A stretch of 64,000 bases of DNA from Eledone cirrhosa. Its lineage: Eukaryota. Position 1 is the stretch's first letter. Each line of letters starts with the position of its first letter. The stretch lies in the NCBI GenBank assembly GCA_964016885.1, contig OZ024745.1:70680001-70744000 (forward strand). The letters run 5' to 3'. Below the pieces are notes generated by a model. That model made no database searches, had not been told where the DNA came from, and worked only from the letters and a program-made list of their open reading frames with translations. Below are positions 56,500-64,000 of this stretch, one piece after another. A program made the position numbers and the translations under genes.

Positions 56500-59450
56500 A
56501 TCAGCTTAAATAACCGCATACCAGAATCTTTGAGAAAAATACTTCAATTGTTGAATATCTAAAGGACTGTCTTAAGAAAGTTCTCCGTCTTCATATATCT
56601 ATCCATATATCTTTCTTCGGTCACAGTATGTGTGTACTACTTCCTTTGTTCATATTCACTTAATTTATAGGCGGGCCACTTCCATTGCTAAACCTCCGCC
56701 TCAGTAGACTTCACATTTTTATTTTCCACAATATACTTTGGCATCATCCACGCAATTAATTGATCGATTGATCTGCTATCACTGGTTTGCTTTTAGGTCA
56801 TCTCACTAAAGATTGCATCAGGCAACCTTCCGTTTGGGCAGTATTTATAGTCCAAGTACTTTTTCTCTGTGTAGCTATGAATATTCAACTCTAAACCGTA
56901 AAGAAACAAGTCCACTACTGTTGCTATTCCAGGATTAGTTTTTCCGCCTGCTAACTCCCACTGACACCTTATATTTTTATCTCATTGTTTGTTTTTTTCT
57001 CTTTCCATCTTTCATCTCATTCCTTTAAATATATTAGGCCAACAAAAACGTTGTTTATTTCTTTCCTATTCTTTTTGAATATCAACTATCTTTATCTGAT
57101 GATTTCTACATCAATCTTTATTCACAAAAGCCCATTCTATTTTCAATAAAATAAAATCTTCTAAACATTATTTTCTCGGTTTTATTGACGCGCCATACAT
57201 GTCCTAGTTAGAGTAATCGGTTTGCGTCCATTCCACGCCAGTAATCCTATGTTTAATTCTGTTGGTAATTCAAAATTGCAACATTTACAATTGATATTCT
57301 ACAACCCTCTCTTGATATATTGTCTTCGTTTTCTTAACATTAACGTCATGCTATTAATATTTTCAAGGAAGTACCATAACACTTCTTATCTTTCTACGTC
57401 GAAGGTTATTTTTATCTTTGCATGACAGGACCCTTTATCTATCGGACTTTATTTTTTTATTAGTCCTGTCGAGGTTGTATTTCATCATCAGCATTGTTAC
57501 TAAAGTCTGCGTGACTTCCATATTGTTAACGTAACAACATTCTGATAACGATTCATTATTCTACTTCGGTACTTGAATTAAAGTGTTTGAAATGAATCGA
57601 GAAACTTCTTGGTATGAATGATACATTTACAGCTTGTGTTACTGCTTTCTTTAAAAAAGTACTTCAATGAATTATGTTGCTTCTATATATATACTGGAGA
57701 TGAATTTTCTTTAACAACGTGGTATTTTAGAATTACTATAGACAAGTATCTTGTCTTCTACAAAAGTATCACTCCTCCTGATTGTTTATGTATGTTTTTT
57801 AGGGTGTCCATGTATGTGTATGACTTCGGAGATCTTTAGATCAAGGTATGCACAATAGATAATATCAGACATTTAGTGATGTAGTATGTTGTGTAATTAT
57901 TATATCGGTTCATGAAATTCCTGATTTATTTCAATGTACGAGATAGAAGCTCCTGTTTTTGGCAATTTTAGTGTTTATTTTTACATATCATTGTTATTTT
58001 CAGCCTTATGTGATACTCGTTTTTCAGTTTTGATTTCACGTTGGCACGATATATCTTCCGTTTCCCCCTAATTTCTAAGCAGGTATATTACTCACTTGCT
58101 TCTGCTTTGTATGTTTAGCAGTTTATTTTTCAATACTTTTACTCTAACAAGGACGAGTATAGTACATCAATAAAACAGTTAACGTAGTGGCTCTATTGAG
58201 TTAATTCCTTGTTATCTCTAGATTAGAATGTTTTGCAATCCGAAATCAGTTGTTACAGCTATGCACTGAGAGCTCTCTATCGCCAATGTAATGTATTTAG
58301 ATCTTTATATTTTATAACTGTCGCCTGCTGTCTTCTACCTAACTAAAAATTTACAGAGAACTGATTCACAATACGAGATTTCATAGTTTAATGAAGTTTT
58401 ATAAGTTATAATGTTGCAAAAAAATGTTGCATAATAAAATGTTGTTTTGTGAATCACTAGCCATATTTCCCTTAATCCTGAACACGTGCATGGCATCTAA
58501 ATAATTGAACAACACTTGCTTCAGAATTTCGACGTCTCTAAATCGCTTTATTTATGAGTAACAAAACCAGGAATTAGAACACTTTTTGTGTCTCAGCTTT
58601 TTGTAGGCGTATTTGGATATCGGTCTGTTTTATATACAATTTTATCAATGTTTCTATATCATAAGGTTATTCATACTGTTGATTCTCTACTACAGGAACC
58701 TATTGATTTAATCTTATTGATATTTCCGATTTGTCAAATATTTGGTTATAACAGTTCAATATAGGCCATTTTGTGAACGCAAACACTTAATGTATATTAT
58801 CCACGTTAAATGACTTCTAATTGTATTTTCATGTTACAGATTCACTTATTTATTCCTTAGCTATATGTACTCAAGATTCTGAGGATTGATACATTTTCGA
58901 TTTTACTGATATTTCTTTAAAATAATCCTATTTTTTCTAGCATTTGTCTCCCAGATATTTTACTAGAAATCTACTGTATTTATCTTTATTGTTACTGGGA
59001 GTTTTACATATATTTTTCACTTCCATTTAATTATCCCAGCCATACGTTTTTATCCTCTTGAAGCGCTTATTTAACATGAATTGTTTTTCTTTTCTCCCTA
59101 AACACCCTTATAGCCACATCTAAATTCTTTGTTATTTTATTATTAATTGCTGCAACATTTTTTTCTTTTAAATCTTTCAATTTGTTGAGATCCTATTCTG
59201 ATACTGTGAAAGTTTTCCCTTGTGTTATTTTCTTTCTAAATGTTGTTTACAAGATTTTTTTACGGGGTTTCGTATATTGTGGTTATTGCACGAATTCATT
59301 AATTATTTCTTCTATTTTTCTAATGAATTTTTTATCTTTTATAAAGAAGTTGTTTGTATGTTACTAGAACATTTTTTTCTATGAGCTGTTTTGCTATTAG
59401 CTTTCTCGCTTTCTCAATTGTCACTTGTTTATTTTAGGCAATTATTCTAA
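56500..59450 (-). mobile_element. Possible highly decayed LINE
   Basis: Minus-strand fragments RKPITLT (about 57210) and NCVDDAK (about 56745) in RT-motif order; A-rich minus strand; no microsatellites. Confidence 0.3.
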
Positions 59451-61179
59451 GTTTTATTTAACACATTTTATTCATTATATATTAATCACCTGTTGTTCGA
59501 GATAGTTGACACCATCTACTGGCAACTGCAGCGAAACAATTCATTGGATTTTCCATGATATACATGCCTATATTAAGAATATATATTTGCCACGATTGTG
59601 GGTACAAGCGAATATAATAATGAGGATGATAATAGCAAAAGCAACTAAGGGGATATTATTTGAGATAGTTACAAATACTACCTACTGCTTACTACCTAGC
59701 ATATAAACCTAGTATTTACTACCAAAATGGTAAATTTGTATCTTATTGAATCTTGCTAACCTGGTTTCAATTCGTCTTTACTCACTGCAGAATCTTCTCC
59801 GACTAAACAAAACAGTGGCCATTAGTCTTGTTCTTTGCTATTAAGTTAAACGTTGACCTAGTTGACCCATGATTAAACATGTATCTGCAGTATCCATCCT
59901 GAATTTTATTCAAACATAGTGCATAAACGAGTGTAATAACCAAACTGTCTTTCCATTTTTAAGGCCGTAAGTTTTGATTTGAATGCGCTTTGTTGGATAT
60001 TTCTACCGTGTTGTCATTATTGAGTGTTGCCATTCACAAGTGCAAATACACCTACAAATAAATCTGTACTCGACTCTTCAAATTACGTTCCTACCGACGA
60101 AAGGATACAAGATAACGAAATACTTGATACACTATATTTTAATAAAGAAAGCGGGATAGTCAGAACTAGAACGTATTTGATGACAGGTCGGCTCAGTTAG
60201 GGCTAAGTTAGAATTTAACGACAATAACAATAAGCCTTTAATGTTTAATTGTACCTACTCTACCACGAATTACAGCAAAATTCGACCCCAGATACACGTA
60301 AAGCGTAGCACATGATAAGCATCTAGTTTGGTGTAAAGTTTAAAGTGACATCGCTAAGATCCTATCTAAAACTCTATGATGGACATAGATACATAGATAA
60401 GTCGAGATGCCTTACCATGACGGTAGTATTTCAATTTGCTAGATATAGCATAAAATACTCCTCCATCCACATAGTACTGTAACATAATTCTTAGGATGAA
60501 TCAGAGTTACACAATATATGAATTGGCTGAATCTTTGAAATATAACTATAGTCCATCCGACGGGCTTTCACACAGTTTCCATCTACCTATTTTCATTCAC
60601 AAGACTTGGGTCGACACAAGTTAAAGACATTTGCCTAAGATGCCACACAGTGGGATTGAAGCCATGAATTGATGATAGCGAAGAGGTCTTCTTAACCACT
60701 TAGTTACTCAACCACTTCGTCATTGATAGTGCACAATGTACATACCAACTTCGAAACCCCATAGTCGCTCGAATCTGCTAAAAATGGCAGCTAACTTTCC
60801 TACAAAGCACACTTTACACTACCGTATCAGAAGAGAATGCATTGTATAATGTTGTCTGGGTATATAATACTTATAAAATGAGGGAAGGGACACAACTGAA
60901 TGCCTTTCGTGACAGATCTACCCAATGTAGGGCTAAACAATGACTGCGACAAATAGTACAACGTGTGTGTGAGTACATGTGCGTGTTGATAAGTGTATAT
61001 GTGTTTGTATTTATCTGTACATTCGTATTTACCTATGTGTGTGCATATGTGTATATGTGAATATATATGAGCTAAATATATGGAAGCAATTGCTGTCCCG
61101 CAAGTGCGAAAATGTGTGTATGTACGCGTATACACATATGTGTGTGTGATTGGATTACGAAGAACAATGTAGGAAGGGC

Positions 61180-61254
61180 GAAGAAGAAGAAGAAGAAGAA
61201 GAAGAAGAAGAAGAAGAAGAAGAAGAAGAAGAAGAAGAAGAAGAAGAAGAAGAA
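61180..61254. repeat. (GAA)n microsatellite
   Basis: About 24 pure units. Confidence 0.98.
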
Positions 61255-61873
61255 TTAAAGTGAGAGGGATGGGAGGTGGGGATAGAGAATGATGAGGAGA
61301 TGGTGAGAGACGAATTTTTTTGTCAATCATTTTCAATCAATATGTCTACATTTGAAACATAACACACTACGAAAGATCCTTCTTAGCGTCAACCAATAAC
61401 TACCTTGCTTTCATTCTCTCTTTTTTATTTCAACACTCAATCGTCATATACTCCATGTTTATCTCTTCTCCTTATCTTCCCTCATCTTCCTTATACTTAT
61501 CCTCCCTATCCTCATCTTCTTCTCATCACTCTCATTCTCATTCGTTCTACCACCTCAAGTCACATGTTTTGTTCTGCATTGGAGAGCTTACTTCTATTGT
61601 TGTTGCTGTTGTTATTGTATTACTTTCTCTTTGTTAGTTTTTTTTTATCTTTCACTTTCTTCTATGTATCAGTGTAAAGGCGCGTGGCTTAGTGGCTAGG
61701 GTGTTTGGCTCAAGGTTGTATGATATACAATATTAATAGTTTCTTATCAGAATAGATTTCTGACCGGAGATGTCAATCAGGGCTACTTTAAAAAGTGTTA
61801 GTAGAAGCTATCGCAACGATTTAGACATATATAACCTATTGTTACTCACCTGCCCACTCACAGGATCACCAGC

Positions 61874-61914
61874 CTTCTCTGATGAGTAAGCAGGTGAAAC
61901 TCCAGAGTAACAAG
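61874..61914 (+). ncRNA. Partly decayed hammerhead followed by AATAAA and the bulged hairpin
   Basis: cttct-CTGATGA-gtaagcaggt-GAAA-ctc(ca)gag-TA-acaag; hairpin at 61942-61961. Confidence 0.55.
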
Positions 61915-61992
61915 TCTTAGCCATAATAAATGAATATTTAAACTCTACTTCGGTATTGAGTTTTCATTCTTACGTCTCTCAATAATTCACGA

Positions 61993-62330
61993 CTCTCAGG
62001 TCTTGAATAATCGTCCCCACCCCACCGCTAATTAATTTATCAGATTTTTTCCACACACACAATCCCGGTTTTATTCTATCATCACCCCCACCCGCTTATT
62101 AAATTTTTCTAATCTATCACCGACAAAATGTTGTTCTAAGTGATTCATATTGATACATCAGCTGGAGAATCGAATAATTATTTTATTTTACATAAAAAAA
62201 AACATATATGACAAAAGAAGAACATTACAAGAAAACCCATATTTACGAATGTGCACTATACAATTACTGATTTGCCAAGCCCACCCCCACCCATTATTTG
62301 CCACCCCTCCTATAATTTTGGACCTGAGAG
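61993..62330. mobile_element. Possible MITE
   Basis: 10-bp TIRs CTCTCAGGTC / GACCTGAGAG with subterminal C-rich repeats. Confidence 0.45.
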
Positions 62331-63147
62331 CGCCACCGAACTCTCCTCCTCTCTACTCCCTTTGAATCCCTCTTTCTGTATCTACTAATCCCAAACTCTA
62401 CCCCTCTCTAAATCTACCACGAAGTGGCCTCTCTTATTCTACTCTCTATATCTAAGACTAATACACTCTCTCACTCTCTATAAATATTTACACTTATCTA
62501 TCCCAATCGCCCTCTGTATGTCAATCACGCCTACATTCTCACCCTCTCTATATCTACTACACGGCATCTCCCATTATCCCTCTCTGTATATCTGCAACCA
62601 CCAAACGCTCCCCTATCTATATCTATTATACGGAAATCTCTTCCAATCCCCCTCTCTATATCAATTACCGCCAAACTATCCCCCTCGCTATATCTACCAT
62701 ACAACACTCTCTCACATTCCTTCTCACTCTATCCATCACTACCAAACTATCCCCTCGCTATATCTATCAATACCTATCTCTATCAATCCTCTGACTCTAT
62801 TCATTACCACCAAACCCACCCCCCTCTCGACACCCTCTCGACATCAACCATACAACATACTCAACCCCCCCCCCCTCTCTATATCTATATTTATCTTTTC
62901 TATCTGTTTCTACATCACACGTACCTACATTGCAGCGAAAAGTGTTTTGGTAGTTTGGGGACAAAATATAATTATTGGGGGAGCCATAGGGCCCTGACCT
63001 CCACCCCCCAGTTTCACCACCCCTGGTGGTGGACATTTCTCAGAGAAATGTATACATAATTTGATTACCAGTACAGGCAATATTTATTAGAATGGTGTTG
63101 TAGTAAGTATACATTTTTGGGAGACCCTGTATATATATATATATATA

Positions 63148-63471
63148 TTAGAAAGTGAGGTTTTTTTTACAAAATGAAAAATAACCGAGGTGTCCTACAC
63201 GAGTGAAAGTATAAAGAAAAAGAGATGAAATCGAAAATGCAACTGGAGTCTTATTTTTTTTTTTTAATATATATATTTATTTGGTTCCTTTACCGGTTTC
63301 GCAGTTCTTCTGCTTTTCAAAAGGTGAGTTGAGATGGAGGGTCTGTGGTTTTTCTCACATATATATAAAGGTTTACATATACATAAAGTTATATATGTTA
63401 CAACCGGTCACTTATTGGCAGAGGAAATGATATATATTTTATTTATCTAATGATTCTATAGACATGATTTA

Positions 63472-63520
<49 letters not shown>

Positions 63521-63646
63521 CACAAACCCTCCATCTCAATTCTACTTTTGAAAAGCAGAAGAACTGCGAAACCGGTAAAGCAACCAAATGAGTATATTCT
63601 TTTAAAAAAAGACTCCAGTTGCATTTTCGATTTCATCTTTTTTCCT

Positions 63647-63650
<4 letters not shown>
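63148..63650. mobile_element. Family B inverted-repeat element with a U3-A8 hammerhead in both arms
   Basis: Arms about 63210-63352/63517-63650; ctt-TTGAAAA-gcag(aagaa)ctgc-GAAA-ccgg-TA-aag at 63545-63580 (+) and 63287-63324 (-). Confidence 0.8.
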
Positions 63651-63684
<34 letters not shown>

Positions 63685-63772
63685 TATAATATATATATAT
63701 AATATATAATATATATATAATATATATATATATAATATATATATATATATAATATATATATATATAATATAT

Positions 63773-63831
<59 letters not shown>

Positions 63832-63836
<5 letters not shown>

Positions 63837-64000
63837 TGTATATATAGTGTAATACACTGTAATATATAGGTAATACACTGTATGCTTAATTAAAAGCATT
63901 TTGAAGACCTTAAGGTATCGTTTTAAAGTAGTGACTATGTCACTTACTTCTATTTTCAGCAAACAAAGGGACATAAGCTGACAGATCTCTGTTTCATACT
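63832..64000 (-). mobile_element. Family C short element (cut by the window end)
   Basis: Reverse complement of 12915-13070, including the 3' half of its hammerhead. Confidence 0.85.

Overview
Eukaryotic, very AT-rich, microsatellite-dense DNA that looks intronic or intergenic. The SINE content and (TA)n/(TG)n density suggest a cephalopod, probably Octopus (inference). Almost all ORFs in the track are microsatellite artefacts. Real coding sequence is limited to transposons: a 5'-truncated Penelope-like element (PLE) with an open RT + GIY-YIG ORF (43912-45684), two more PLE fragments (20618-21045, 50963-51699), an internally deleted mariner (3418-4287) and LINE debris. There is also one weak candidate first exon (32695-32741). 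Other elements are two tRNA-derived SINE families, a Tc1/mariner-type MITE, a non-autonomous Helitron and minisatellites. The main signal is a set of short inserts, unrelated to each other in sequence, sitting in the (TA)n arrays with a shared architecture: an optional fold-back inverted copy, a minimal type I hammerhead ribozyme, often AATAAA, a covarying bulged hairpin (RYTC-stem/loop-TY-GARY), a short tail and (TA)n. I count about ten largely intact hammerhead cores, several degenerate ones and a C3-G8 to U3-A8 compensated variant. The bulged hairpin recurs at least 14 times and is the best candidate for an undescribed element. All folding and alignment was done by eye; no database searches were run.
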